Shown here: one piece after another, positions 1-12,300 of the stretch
How positions within the stretch are numbered: position 1 is the first letter of the stretch
Layout: every line of letters starts with the position of its first letter
Assembly: GCF_018977255.1 (NCBI RefSeq)
Contig: NW_024704761.1
Span: forward strand, 8,060,001-8,124,000
DNA: 64,000 nt
Direction: 5' to 3'
Origin: Callorhinchus milii
Lineage: Eukaryota
Notes under the pieces: generated by a model
What the model was told of the DNA's origin: nothing
The model's input: the letters and a program-made list of their open reading frames with translations, nothing else
Databases searched by the model: none
Made by a program: the position numbers and the translations under genes

Positions 1-2016
1 TGGCAGACAAGTTTGGCATTGTGCAGATATTCGTGGTAGACACGTGATGCAGCTGACTGGGCTGAGACTTAGAATGCTACTGGATCAGTAGATATCTCTG
101 TATCGGCCAGACTGGCCTCACCTGATGGATAATCACCTGCAATTGTGCTCACAACTGTGGGAGCCAACCTGGGTCAAATGATTAAGTGGGGCGGCTCATT
201 TGTCAAGCCGCTGACAGAACTTGTCACAAACCAGACCTTCTTCCCACTCAGCTTGGGGCTGGCACCTGCCACTTCTAACCTGAGCTGTCAGATAGCCCAG
301 CTAAAAGGAATATACAGGATTGAGTCAGTTTCAAGTGTCACTCTGTTCAGATTGCTCTGTGGTTCTCTGGGAGGCTCGGAGCAGATTGTTAGCCCGCTTC
401 GCACCACCAGAAATCCATTGGCGCAGAGACATTAGTGACAGCAGCAGGGTAGGGTATAAAACATAAAGCAGAAATCTTCAGGGATCCATTCGGCCCATCG
501 TGTATGTGGCATTCTTACCCATTTTTCCAAATTCACTCATTTTTTTCTTAAATGAATCCCACTTTCCAGCTCTTTCCCCATATGCCTTAACACTGCCACT
601 GGTTATGGACAGACCCTAAGGAGAAGCATTCTGTCATCCTATTCAGAGACAAAGTTATTAAGACTAAGACCGTGGAAAATTTCAAGTACCAGGTTTGATA
701 CCCATAATAGGCTGCGACACTATTTAAATGGGTGAAAAAAAAATTCACCTCGGCGTCTTGTCATTTATCCAGCATATTTTTGCATCGGTAAACAAATCTA
801 CATTTACATTTTATAAAGCATCAGGGCCGCTGAGGATTTGAGTGGTTCATTTGTTAGATTTATAGCTTTTCCAGGTGAACGTCCCCTCCAGTGAGAGCGT
901 GAAAGGATGCCTCAAAAAGTGAACCATATTTTCACAATGCGGAAAGGCAGTAATCAGAACCTACTGAGTCTAATGGCTTCTCTATTGAACGAATAATTAT
1001 CTGATCAATGCAATCACTTCTCCCGGCTGTCTAGCTGGCAATGCAGCAGATACAGATAACCCCTGTGTCATACACTTTAATCGCTTCATGAATTCAATTA
1101 TCGAACCACAGCACCTGGACATGAGGACAGACCGAGGTTAGCAAAGACCCAGCTCTTATCGCTAATTGTATAAATGTAGGAGCGTATGTTACTGTAAGGA
1201 CACTTGACAGGAAAACATGGATTGCTGCCGATTAGTTCAGCAGATAGACACCAGTGTGGACGCCCGGGTGATATGTATTTTAAAGCACGCCCCAATAATG
1301 GTCTACTTGTCAATTTAAAGTCCAGTTCTACATCCGCAAACAAGCAAACCAGATGTGAGCACTTAGTAAACCGGTTTACTCTGATGCAGAATAAATAATC
1401 AGATTGAAATAATCACCGCCATAAGGAAAATGTGCTTTTACTAATTCAGTCAATTCAACGCAGCGCTGTTATATAAAAAAAACATAGAATTTCAATGCAC
1501 TAAAATCAATTCCTATTCACTCATTATGTGAAATCTCAGCTCCAAGCATCAGACTCAAATATGTACNAAAAAATCTATTCCAAGGATAAGGTGTTCTCCA
1601 ATTATTTCTTTCTTAACACACAGTTGTCTTGGAGTGAAATCCTCCAGGTGTTGGTATGATTTTTACCTAGTTTTGTATCAGGTGGTAAATTTGGTCAACC
1701 AAGGAAATGATTGTTAAACTTGCACCTCGCTAAATCACTGACCCATGTTAAACTTGGTTCCAAACATCTGGCAATTTAACTACGTGCAGTGTTTCAGGAG
1801 ACAGATACTTCTAATTGGTAGAAGGCTAGATCATCCCCCAAGATTACAGACACTTCTACCAAGCACAGAAATTAGACCGACTCGGAGTAAATTGAAATAC
1901 TGCAGCGTTTCAAGATATTTGAGGGAGGGAGGGAAAGGGAGAAAGACAATATCACGTTTATAATAAAATAGCTCTGCGCATTTCCATCCATTGCATTTAC
2001 TGATAGTGATAAACTA

Positions 2017-2113
2017 TCGCTCGCAAAACATACACTCAATTCACTTTACCGTATATTGTGAAGCGCTTTGAGACTTCCTGAAGACGTGATAAGCATTATT
2101 ATTATTCATTATT
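2017..2113 (+). mobile_element. 3' fragment of young tRNA-derived SINE (family A)
   Basis: CAATTCACTTTAC..GTGAAGCGCTTTGAGAC..GACGTGATAAG followed by (ATT)n, matching the full copies in this window. Confidence 0.85.
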
Positions 2114-2800
2114 CACTGGACATTCATAGGTTAAAGCGTTCACTCTCTCTCAGTCTACAAGCTGAAGAAACAGCACAAAGGAACTTTGGCTGATATGTTC
2201 CTTACCTGTATTAGCTCTGCGGATATACTCATAGACTGTCCGACTGCCTCCAGCTACGTACACTCTAAGGCAATCTTGCTTGCTATTGTTTCAGGTCCCA
2301 ATCTCAAACAGTGTTTTGATTGCTAGCTATTCTCAAGAATGGTCTATCTTTCTGCACCATGATGTGATTAAATGAGGGCCTGAGCTTACTGTTCCCCAAG
2401 TGGTGAGCTCCAGATTTCAATCATTCCATTGTAGGCTAATTGGAAGACAGGTGTAGCTTGAGGGAGCCAAACAAAAGCTGTAGGACCGATAGCTCTATTA
2501 AAGCTATAAGATCTAAATTTGATAAAACACCCTTACTTGCTGTGTGAATGATGGAATAAACCATCCTTGTAATAATATGCTCTTGCCTATTTTTACTAGA
2601 CGACAAGAGGGCAAGAGAACAGTACTAAATCACAACTCTGGCAGGATCCTGCAGCCAGGCAGGCTAACAGTGGAGGTCCAGTAATACATCAAGCAGAAGG
2701 TCCAGCATATGTCCATCCTAAGGACTTCTCTGTTTTCCAATTCTTCCCTCAGTAGGTACCTTCTCTCCTCCCATCACATCACTATGGCTATTGTAGCTAT

Positions 2801-3103
2801 GGAGTCCTGTAGCTCAGTGGTTAGAGCACTTGCCTCGCAAGCGAGAGACCTGGGTTTGATCCCCGCAGGGCGAAACCTTGGGGAAGTTTCCTTACTCCAC
2901 ACGCCTGATAATAATCCCTCACGAAAAAAACAATAATAAATTAGTCACTTCAATCCACAACTGTTCATGGGACACTGCTGTTGGTTGACGTGTTTTTCCC
3001 ACAAATATATAGTCAATTCACTTTACAGTATATTCTGTAAAGCGCTTTAAGATGTCTAGAAAACATGAAAAGCGCTATATCAAATACAAGGATAATTATT
3101 ATT
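2801..3103 (+). mobile_element. Full-length tRNA-Ala-derived SINE (family A, short form)
   Basis: Head GGAGTCCTGTAGCTCAGTGGTTAGAGC (A box) and GGTTTGATCCC (B box); body GGCGAAACCTTGG..CCACACGCCTGATAATAATCCC; tail AAGCGCTATATCAAATACAAGG(ATT)n; many homologues in the window. Confidence 0.93.
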
Positions 3104-3289
3104 CTTGTTTTGACCCCGAGGGCTATGATAGAGTACAGCCATCTGTAGAGAGATAAGGGAGTTAAATCTTGTTTAACTACCGTTGCAGTGTGTGTAAACT
3201 AAAGGACTGTATCACAACAAAACCTTTGATCCTCATTTGGCACGTTGCTGTGGTGTCTTCTGCGGATAATGCACATTGCAGTCACAGTG

Positions 3290-3850
3290 CATGCATGAAA
3301 GAGGAAGGCATATTGACTGTGAGATCGGATGCCAACCAAGAAAACTGCTCTCTCCTGGATGGTGTTGAGTTTCTCAAGAGTTCTGCAGTTGTGGTGAAAA
3401 TTCCATTCCCCTCAGTGATGGTTGTGGCATTGAAGATCCGAGGTCCTTTCTGTTGGAGGTGGTTATTGCCCAACACCTATGTGACATCAATATTATCTGC
3501 CAAACGTGGTGTATCCAAGTCTTGCTACAAGTGGCCAAGGGCTGCTTTATAAATGGAACGGAACACTTGGGGACCATCAGTGATAGGCCACCCAGGACCA
3601 CACAATGATAAGAAGGTCATTGGGAAAGCAGCTGGACACGCTGCTCTGAGGAACCCCTGTAGCAATGTCCTAGGGCTGTGATGATTTTCCTCCAAAAATC
3701 ACAGCCATCTTCCTCTGTGTCAAGCATGACTCCAGCCACTCAAGAACTTTTTCCCTTGACTGCCTACTGACCTCAGTTTTGCTAAGGCTCCAGTGCCGGA
3801 CTCGGATGAATGCTCAAGGCCGTCGCTCCCACCTCTTCTCTGTATCAGGG
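3290..3850 (-). mobile_element. Decayed non-LTR retrotransposon ORF2 (RT region)
   Basis: Minus strand retains the GVPQ motif (+ strand CTGAGGAACCCC), WLESCL..RKMAV (AGCCATCTTCCTCTGTGTCAAGCATGACTCCAGCCA) and GALAKL (TCAGTTTTGCTAAGGCTCC); frameshifted. Confidence 0.75.
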
Positions 3851-4764
3851 CTCGAACAAGATGTGGCGCTGAATGGGTCTGACAAGAGCTGTCTGTTCTT
3901 TAAGGCCACTGGCTGGTATAGTGTAACCCCATGTCTCTTTCAGTGAGATGGACACAGATCTCAGGCACCAAAGGGAGAAAGACATCGACATGGATTAGCA
4001 TCTGAATATAGGCAGATCATTACCTCCAAAGTGTCAGACTTTGACAGGCAGCTGAGTGAATAGTTATTTTTATTTAACTAAATTAGCAATGCATTAGTTT
4101 GAAGAAAATCCTCTACATGCAGGTGGCAAGCAAGCTTCGCTGTACAGAATGTACCGAACACTTCTATTCAAATTCAAGGAGAAAAGGGAATGATGTTTGG
4201 ACAAGCTGTAGAAATGCGCTTACAAGCCTGCCTGTGAGAGACAACTGCATAGGATTGCTTTTATTTATAGAAAGAGAGAGCATCACTGACATTATACTAG
4301 CACCATCTGCTACTAATTTATTATCTTTATCTTGCTTTTATTGAAAACCATTAACAAAAAAAATCTGGATAAAGGCACGTTTTGAATGTTTTTGGCTGCG
4401 ACATGTAAAGAGGTGCGTAAAGAAGCCTGAAATTCCCAGACCCCGAGATGATTTTGCCTTTAAAATTTAACGTTGCATAAAATCATGGAGAATTCAGTCT
4501 GGATGTGGAAGATGCAGTTCTTAAAAAAAACACAAAGAAAAGACTTCCAGGTGAAGACCCAATATAATATTTTTCCACAATTCTAAGTGACCTTAAAATG
4601 TTATGGCAAGCTGGTCTAACAGGATGAGACTGGGGTGGTGCAGGGGGGGAATTTCTGGGCTCAAATCCAATGCAAACCTTCCATAGAGATCACTGGCTGT
4701 TATCTGGGAACAATCATTGCTCCAAACTACATGGAGCCAACAATGGACCATGTTTTGACCCGGG

Positions 4765-5030
4765 CTTTGGATGAGCCATTAAGCCAGGGCTTATTCAGGT
4801 GAACGTTAAAGATCATTATTCGAAAAGGAAAGTGAGTTCCCCCCACTGCCCCCCCATCAATGTCTTGGTCAACAATCGCCCATTTAATATTGGTCATTCA
4901 CTTCACGGCTGTTGGTGGGACATTGCTATGTGAATACATTTAGCACTATATCCTGCAAAACACTTTGAGAAGGCCTCCCGATGTGAAAGGTGCTATATCA
5001 AATGCAAGGATTATAATTAGTATTATGATG
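4765..5030 (+). mobile_element. Older DeuSINE/SacSINE1-like element
   Basis: TTCAGGTGAACGTTAAAGATC..ATTCGAAAAGG..TTGGTCATT..GTGGGACATTGCTATGTG..GTGAAAGGTGCTATATCAAATGCAAGG. Confidence 0.7.
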
Positions 5031-5844
5031 TACTTGACCATCCGAAACGGCCCTCGTCTTCTGAGCTCGCTGTGTAAATGACATTGAGATAAATGCAGCA
5101 AACAGGAGTTGGAAACTTATTTTGGAGCCGCTCTTTGAATCAACGCAGTAATTTGTACCGTTGCTGGCAGCTCCAAGGTGAAATTTATAATCTTCCTTGA
5201 TTAAAAGTTGTGGTCAATTCAACTGAGGAATTTCAATGATATTCTCGTTTGCCCCTTTCCTCTTCTCACTTGTATGTTTCTCGGGCAAATCTGAGGTGAC
5301 TGGTTCATCAGGGCCCCGATTGACTCACAATCAGCAGCAAAAGGCCAACCTTCCCTGTAAATCACACAAATAAAACATGCGCGGAGGAAGCCGAGTTCTG
5401 CCACGGAGAGTCTATAAATTCAATCACTGACAGCACCATTAATGAGCTGCTTACTTCAGGAACAGAGAACTATGCAGAGATATAGAATTTCGAGCGAGTC
5501 CCAAAGTCTGTGAAGATTGGGGGACCTGAAACTGTTTAGTAAAACATGCTATTGTGATATGTGTGTGTATGTCACTGCTGTGCTCATCAAGGTGAGAGAG
5601 GAGAGTGTTCGAAAGTATAAATTTTCTTCCAATTTGCACCCAGTGACAGCACCAAGAACTCTCATGGTAGGTAATGTATGGAATGGGTCAGATGCCATGC
5701 ACAGGTTCCCTAACATCAGATTGACAATGTGTCTTGACCCAAACTCCAATGCAACTCTACAGCAATGATGTTAATCAATGTTGGCACAAGCAACAAATTG
5801 GACCCAAGTTGCATCAAAGTTTAAAACAAAAACACAATAATTTT

Positions 5845-6087
5845 GCCATGACTTTCAACTACTACGCCCCGAAACTCTGGAACACTCTTCCTCTATCCCT
5901 CCGCCTTACCCCTTCCTTCCCCATTTTCAGGTCATGCCTGAAGACCTTCCTATTTGACCATGCCTACGGTCACCTCCCCGTCCCCCAGCCCCCGCCGGCT
6001 CGGAATCGTGCTCCGCCACTGTCAAGCGCTCTGGGACGCTACCCTGCGTGATGGCCGCTTTATAAATGCAAGTTGTTGTTCTTGTTG
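5845..6087 (+). mobile_element. L2-clade LINE 3' end (type 1, (GTT)n tail)
   Basis: Encodes ORF2 C-terminus FNYYAPKLWNTLPLSLR..FRSCLKTFLF, then AAGCGCTCTGGGACG..ATAAATGCAAGTTGTTGTT. Confidence 0.88.
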
Positions 6088-6159
6088 AAGTCACATGTGG
6101 ATAAGATGAAGCACAGTTTGTCCTACTCTACTTGCGTTTGCCTAAGTTTGGAAGCGACA

Positions 6160-6340
6160 CCATCACCTATCATTCTGCGACGCTATCCAGTGACCTCTGC
6201 TGGAAAACGTGCGTCTGTGCGGAAGTCAAATCAGAACAGCATCAGACTCCGTTGTGATGTTTCCCACAGGGGGATCAACTGCCAGCGTTCACAGCTTTGG
6301 CTCACACATGAAGAGGGGCCAACTGCGCAATGAGCTTGAT
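6160..6340 (+). repeat. Old interspersed repeat remnant (SINE-like body recalled from shark genomes)
   Basis: CCAGTGACCTCTGCTGGAAA..TGTGATG..GGCTCACACATGAAGA; recognised from memory only, single copy in this window. Confidence 0.4.
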
Positions 6341-7439
6341 CAACCTTTAGGTGGTCTCTTTAAAATCTCAGTCACGCTGAATTCTAGCAACATTCTGATT
6401 CAGGTCTCGAGCATCTCTTTGTGCAAATGGACGTTCGACGATTGCCACCCTGTGCAATGCTTCTGGTAAGAGAAAAGGCAACCGCAATGGGCTGTACATT
6501 CTATTAGACGCTGGGTTTAAAATAAAGGATATGAAATGGTTAGAGAGTTGCTGCTCTGCTTATTATTATTTACCTCGGTCTTGAAATGGAGTCCATAAAA
6601 GTTTGGAATGCTGCACCTTTAAACAGATCCACAATGTGGCTTTGAACTGCGGCCCTTGAAAATTAAGCAAGTTTATTGCAACCATTAGTGTCTGGGATTG
6701 TGAATGAACAGCTGCGTCCTGCTTGCTAACAAGCTACAAATCGATTGCTCAGCTCTAGACAAAGAACAGAGCTGGGATTCTGAATCTCCGACAGTGCCAG
6801 TGGCTGCCCTTAGAACAAGCGCATCAGCAACAGTTTTCGAACTAATTATCAACCAGATCAGAACAAAAATCTCCCACTGAAATAACGAGCCACATGATGA
6901 ACAACACAGACTGCACTTTTGCATCTAAAATTAGTGAAAAAATATTTGATGCAGTATAATTCAACACCTGTTTTAATAACAAGTGAAATTTCCTTGGAAC
7001 GCACTGCTTAAATCAAAATAGCTCTCCAAACAAGTCATGTAAGGCCTTATGCCATTTCCTGAGTCTCTTTAGTGAGGCCTCAGTTACCCACATCAGTATT
7101 TTGAACTGACCTTTCAATTGAACACTGTATTTTACCCATTATTTACTGCAACTCTCTTCTGTATCAGGTCTAATCGTTGAATAAGAGACGTACATATATT
7201 TAATGCAACACTACGTAAAATGCCCTGCAAAATAGTATCTGTTCTCTGCTTCCAGTAAAAGAAGCTGACAGGTTAATTATTTGTTTAAATTGTTGAAACA
7301 AATTGCTAGACATCAATGTTATGAGCATTTAAAATGTACCAACATCTTTTAATCCAGCACGCTTTGAAATCTTAATCTTCTAAAGTGAGCTTATCACCCA
7401 TTCACCAATGATCGATAATCACACCCATATTTTTTTCTT

Positions 7440-7660
7440 CCTTGATAATGGACATTGTTTCATTGTCTACACTTGTCTCACTGTTTCCTATTCCAAAATA
7501 CATGTGACTGCATTCATCGACATTAAAACCCATCTTCCATCCCATATCCTCAAATACTTAATTGGGCCCAAGTTTTCTGAATGCTCTATTATTTACACCC
7601 ATCACTTAGCAAAGTACCTTGGTGTCGCTAGCAACATTAACCCTGTGAGCTACTTATAAA
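7440..7660 (-). mobile_element. Highly decayed CR1-like RT fragment
   Basis: + strand CCTTGGTGTCGCTAGCAA (decayed ADDTK) and GCATTCATCGACATTAAAACCCATCT (decayed MxFNVxKC). Confidence 0.45.
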
Positions 7661-7902
7661 TACACGAAAAATAAAGATCCGCAAAGCCCAAGCAAGCCAG
7701 ATTAACGGGGGAATTCGTACTATTATTTATTTCGCTAAGCGTAATTACAATGCCAGTAGAATTTGTAAAAAAAAATCTGTTTTGGGCAGGTAAGTACTAA
7801 GTACTAATTCCATATACGTGGAGTCTGGTAAACCGGTGGTTACTCTGATAATAATATCTGCCTCACTTTCCATGCTGCATTATACAAAACGTTCTGATAA
7901 AA

Positions 7903-8110
7903 AAAACTTCCATTTTGCACAGCATTTTATCACTTTGTCGAGATGTCCCAAAGCACTTCCCAATATTTCACTGTGAAGTGTTGTGATTGCACGTTTGTAA
8001 ACAAACTCCGCAGCCAATTTGCACACAGTAGTCCCGTAAACAGTCAATTTTGACTGACCAATTTATTTGGGGATTGTTGGCCCAGGACACCGGGAGGAAC
8101 TCCCTTCTCT
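7903..8110 (-). mobile_element. Older DeuSINE-like element
   Basis: GCAGCCAATTTGCACACAG..CCCGTAAACAG..TGACCAATT..GTTGGCCCAGGACACCGGGAGGAACTCCC. Confidence 0.75.
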
Positions 8111-9919
8111 GTTGTGATTGATTACCAGTCATTGGCAGATTAGCCATTCTTCCGTCTGTATTATGCATTGCTTGCTGTTCTGTCTCCTAAGAATAAAAAT
8201 GACGAAACACAAGTTTAGGATGAGAGCATGCAACTGTTACCTCAAAGGTAAGCTATCTGTAAAATGTGCCTCATGCACATTTGCTGAAAGTTCTCTTCAG
8301 CTTTGATCTGCTCTAAGATGTAAACACAGTTTTTATTCTTTTTTTATTTGACATTGAGGTATCCATCTCTGTTCAACCATTCGCTTCCTAGTGCTACCAG
8401 TTGGGCAGATATACATGTTTCGAGGAATTTTAGATGCCCATATTTTATGCATTATTGTGATGGGCAGCAATCCAATGACATAAAGCAGACATCAGGGCTG
8501 TAAAACAGATAAGCTGTGCATTCCAGAAATGAACTTACAGAATTTTATCAGGCCAGATGGCATCAGGAAGTGTAGGCTTTCATAGTCTACAGAACAGAAA
8601 CATTTGTCTTGCAACAACTTTGGAGAGAACTCTAGTGATGACCTTAAAGCATGAGTGCATTGCAAATCACTTTGAGCTCCAAGTACCTAATCAGTCCCTT
8701 CTGATGCACAATCTAGGAAGAGGCTCCTGTGCATGTTTTAAGCCAAATAACCAGTTAGAATGAAACACAACATGGCTATCATTATTGAAATGTTATTAAA
8801 ATGGAACGGAACACTGATGCACAATTTCCAATCCAGTGTTGTAACTCAATCAAGATTTTATGCAACCAAAGAGACTAGGGTTTACAGACTTTTTCCAAAG
8901 CCACTATCTTGGCTCCAGTCTGGCTTTCGTTATTTGGAAGCTTCTACTTCTAGGTTTTATAGCATGTCAAAAATATGAATGTTGTTCATGTGGCAAATAG
9001 TAAGATAATGACTTTTATCCGTTCATGTTGTCCCTATTTCCAAAAAACAGAAGAGTCAAAAGTCTGGCAATGGAGGAAGGAGAGTTTGAGGAAGAAAAGG
9101 CAAATGGAATATTGGGAATATAATCCGAGGTCAACTATTCAGGAATAGTATCTAGGTTACAGATAAGTTGGAAAACAATTGAATTGAATGAAAATAATGT
9201 AAAACATTGGAAAGTGAGGTAGAAACAAAGCAGAGATGTTCCCTACCCATGTAGTATTCTGAGGTTGAAAAAAAGTGGAATTCAGATTTGAAGCAGAAAA
9301 GCACCAAAAACAAATCTCTTAGAGGTGAAAGTGAAAATGAAACAAAGACGGACACAAAAATCCACAGAGTATAGAAACCTACAGAAGTGAAGATAAACAG
9401 AACTCTAGGAAGCAAGAAATTTGCAGAAACAAGGGTAAATCTGTCAGGAATGCATGAGTGCTGTGGAGGTGAGGAGAAGCAGGATTAACCTTGACGAACA
9501 AAAGCAACACTGAAGGCAAAAAGAGATGTGTAGCTCCCAGCTTGTATTTACTGGCTCTACAGCAGTTATCCAAGTTAAAGAATTGCTGTTGTCTGGAGCT
9601 CAATTTGTTACATCGGAGACTTTCTCTGAGTAGAAATTAGATAGCGTTTTAAGCCTTAGGTATAAACCTTCCTAACTAATGTATTTCAGTGCAGAATTGA
9701 TCGAGGCCCAATAATATTCATAGTATAAACCAGAGACAAATCAGTGTTGGTGTAGATGCTAAAATATACACAAGTGTGATACAAATCGTTTGTTGTTGTT
9801 TCCATATGCACACGTATTGTGTTCACTGTATTAGATATTCCTTGTGTTTGAAATTGAAACAGAGTGACTGTATATTGCTCCAGATAAATGTACAAATCTC
9901 AATATATTTTTGTAATATT

Positions 9920-10130
9920 GAACCAGCTTGGCTCATTTGCTCACTTTCTCATCTCTGGATCAGAATATTGTGATTATGGACCCACATTAGGTCTCGAAGA
10001 TCCCAGTCCTGTGCAGTGCTGCTGCATTGCCAGAGGTGTCATCCTTCAGATGAGATGTTAAGCCAAATTCCTACGTACATTAGAGGTCTCATAACACTAT
10101 TCAAAAAGAGAAGGGAATTTCTCCAGGTGT
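9920..10130 (+). mobile_element. 5' half of older DeuSINE-like element
   Basis: GCAGTGCTGCTGCATTGCCAGAGGTGTCATCCTTCAGATGAGATGTTAAGCC..CACTATTCAAAAAGAG. Confidence 0.65.
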
Positions 10131-10610
10131 CAAAAGTATTTAATACAGCCATAATACTAAAACTGGTTTCCTCGAAGTCCTTCAAAATGTAACACTGAAT
10201 TCAACGATTTGCAAAATTCTTGGATGCTCTAAATCTAGAGTAAATCGTGACCCAGGGGGAATTACTCCCCATTTATTTCTTAATGGGTGGAATTGTTCAT
10301 CTAATTAATTTGTAAACAAAGCCCAGTAATTTTAGCTGGTGCAATTTGGGACACCGTGACTAAATCAATTATTGATTTGAATACTGGCTAGACACAATGA
10401 TTCAGCAAGCATTGAACAAATTGGCCTTTTTCACCTCACTTTATCAAAAAGAAGAAATGAGAAGGGTTGGTGGCAGGGACAACTCTTGGGAGTAACCATC
10501 AGTTCAAGGACTACATCAAATGAACTGGAAGAGAATAAAATGATTACGAGAGTCCGATTAAATCACAGGATCTGCTCCCGTGTGCCTATATTGTAAAAAG
10601 GTACATGTAG

Positions 10611-10700
10611 TTTCATCCAAAATATATACAGTCATTACTTTACAGTATATTCTGTGAAGCGTTTTGAGACGTCTCAACAACGTGAAAAGGCGTTATATCA
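10611..10700 (+). mobile_element. SINE family A 3' fragment, tail-to-tail with the next copy
   Basis: ATATACAGTC..TTTACAGTATATTCTGTGAAGCGTTTTGAGACGTCTC..GGCGTTATATCAAA. Confidence 0.88.
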
Positions 10701-11034
10701 AATAATAATAATCCTTGCATTTGATATAGTGCCTTATCACGTCTTTGAGACGTCTCAAAGCGCTTCACAGAATATACTGTAAAGTGAATTGACTGTATAT
10801 TTTTGGGGTGAAACACGGCAGCCAATTACGCACAGCAGCGTCCCACAAACAATCATGGATTGAGTGACCAATTTATTATTATTTTTTTGAAGGAATCATT
10901 ACATCGGAAAATCGATCCGCCAATCGATTAACAACCAGTTCCTACTTACTGCTAGATAAACAGAGGCATATGGAGAAAGGAAATTTACCCAACGTTTCAC
11001 CCTGCCAGGAATAACCACTGACCTACAGGACTCC
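10701..11034 (-). mobile_element. SINE family A, long form, with a deletion in the tRNA head
   Basis: (AAT)n CCTTGCATTTGATATAG .. ends ACCACTGACCTACAGGACTCC; carries the extra GGAAAATCGATCCGCCAATCGA..AAACAGAGGCA segment. Confidence 0.9.
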
Positions 11035-11569
11035 AAATGCAAGGTTTAGTAGCAGTAGTAGTACTACTTGCCACAATCCTCTGGTTACAAGACTGACGGC
11101 CAAGCACACGGCTAGGAATCGTGTCTATAGTCTCTCGATCTGTCTAAATATTGTAGGCATGGATTTAGATGCACTGGAAACCCTACTCTATATCTCCTGC
11201 TTCCCTTTCTGATATATTTCCAAACTTCCATTTCCAAGTGACTGCAAAATTCTTTGCAGCTGGATTGAGTGGGCCTAACGCTAATCACAGGTCAGTCAGT
11301 GTATTTGCTTTGATCTTTCAAACTAATCCTCTAAACCCTTGTTTGCTTTGTTCGTCGGCAAGTCTACTGAACAGGTGTCATCATCTGTCTCCATTGTTAA
11401 TGTATATAGAACGTTTCCTGATGGACTGATAATTCCAAAAAAGTTCAGTTTTCAAGCCGGTCAATGCTGAGACTTCTTATTCGGACTGGACATTACTGAT
11501 TGTTCTTTCCTTTTCAATCGGCAGTATGGTTGGGGTAACATGCATATTAGCAGGATCTAGTCCTACATA

Positions 11570-12027
11570 ATAAACCTTTATAAAAGGTTTAATGAACCTT
11601 TATAAAACTCTGGTTAGGCCTAAGTTCTGGGCACCACACTTTAGGAAGGATATCAAGGCATTGGAGAGGGTGCAAAGGAATTTACCAGGATGGTGCCAGC
11701 AATGAGGGACTTCAATTATGAGGAGAGGCTAGAGAAACTAGGATTATTCTCCTTGGAGCAGAGAAGATTAAGAGGAGACTTAATAGAAGTTTTCAAAATT
11801 ATGAGGGGCTTCGATAGGGTGACCAAGGAGAAACTATTTCCACTGGCAGGTGGGCTGGTAACCCGAGGGCACCGATTTAAAATTATTATTTGGGGAGGAC
11901 AAGTTTGCAGGGCTATGGGGAGAGAGTAATGGAGTGGGATTGATTTGGATAGTTCTTTTCAAAGAGCCAGCACAGACACGATGGGTGAATGATCTCTTTC
12001 TGTGCTGTATAATTCTATGATTCTATC
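11570..12027 (+). mobile_element. CR1 LINE 3' end (5'-truncated, internally deleted)
   Basis: ORF 11690-11929 YEERLEKLGLFSLEQRRLRGDLIEVFKIMRG..TRGHRFK is the CR1 ORF2 C-terminus; ends in the CR1 tail ATTCTATGATTCTAT. Confidence 0.95.
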
Positions 12028-12039
12028 ACATTAAATAAT

Positions 12040-12300
12040 AGCACTTGTATTTGGTTCAGTGCCTTATGCAAATGCAAGGTTATTATTATCATCCAATTAT
12101 CTCAAAGCCCATCACAGGATTCAGGGTAAAGTATAGTGGTTGTACATTTATAGGCAATATCAGCAGCCATTTTGGGCACAACAGTATTCCACAATCATCC
12201 ATGGAGCGAATGACCATTTTTTTCTGGGGGAAAGTGGCCAAAATATTGGGAGAAACCATCTTCTCTTTTCGAACGTGCCTTGGGATCTTGAACATCTTAA
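12040..12300 (-). mobile_element. Decayed DeuSINE-like element
   Basis: CAGCAGCCATTTTGGGCACAACAGTATTCCACAATC..TGACC..CTTCTCTTTTCGAACGTGCCTTGGGATCTT. Confidence 0.6.

Noticed and set aside
145-435. 96-aa ORF at window start
   Set aside because: Non-ATG start, no recognisable domain and no splice support.
1567-1567. Ambiguous base N (also 35561)
   Set aside because: Sequencing or assembly ambiguity beside A-runs, not biological.
11690-11929. Host protein-coding gene
   Set aside because: It is the CR1 ORF2 C-terminus within a truncated LINE.
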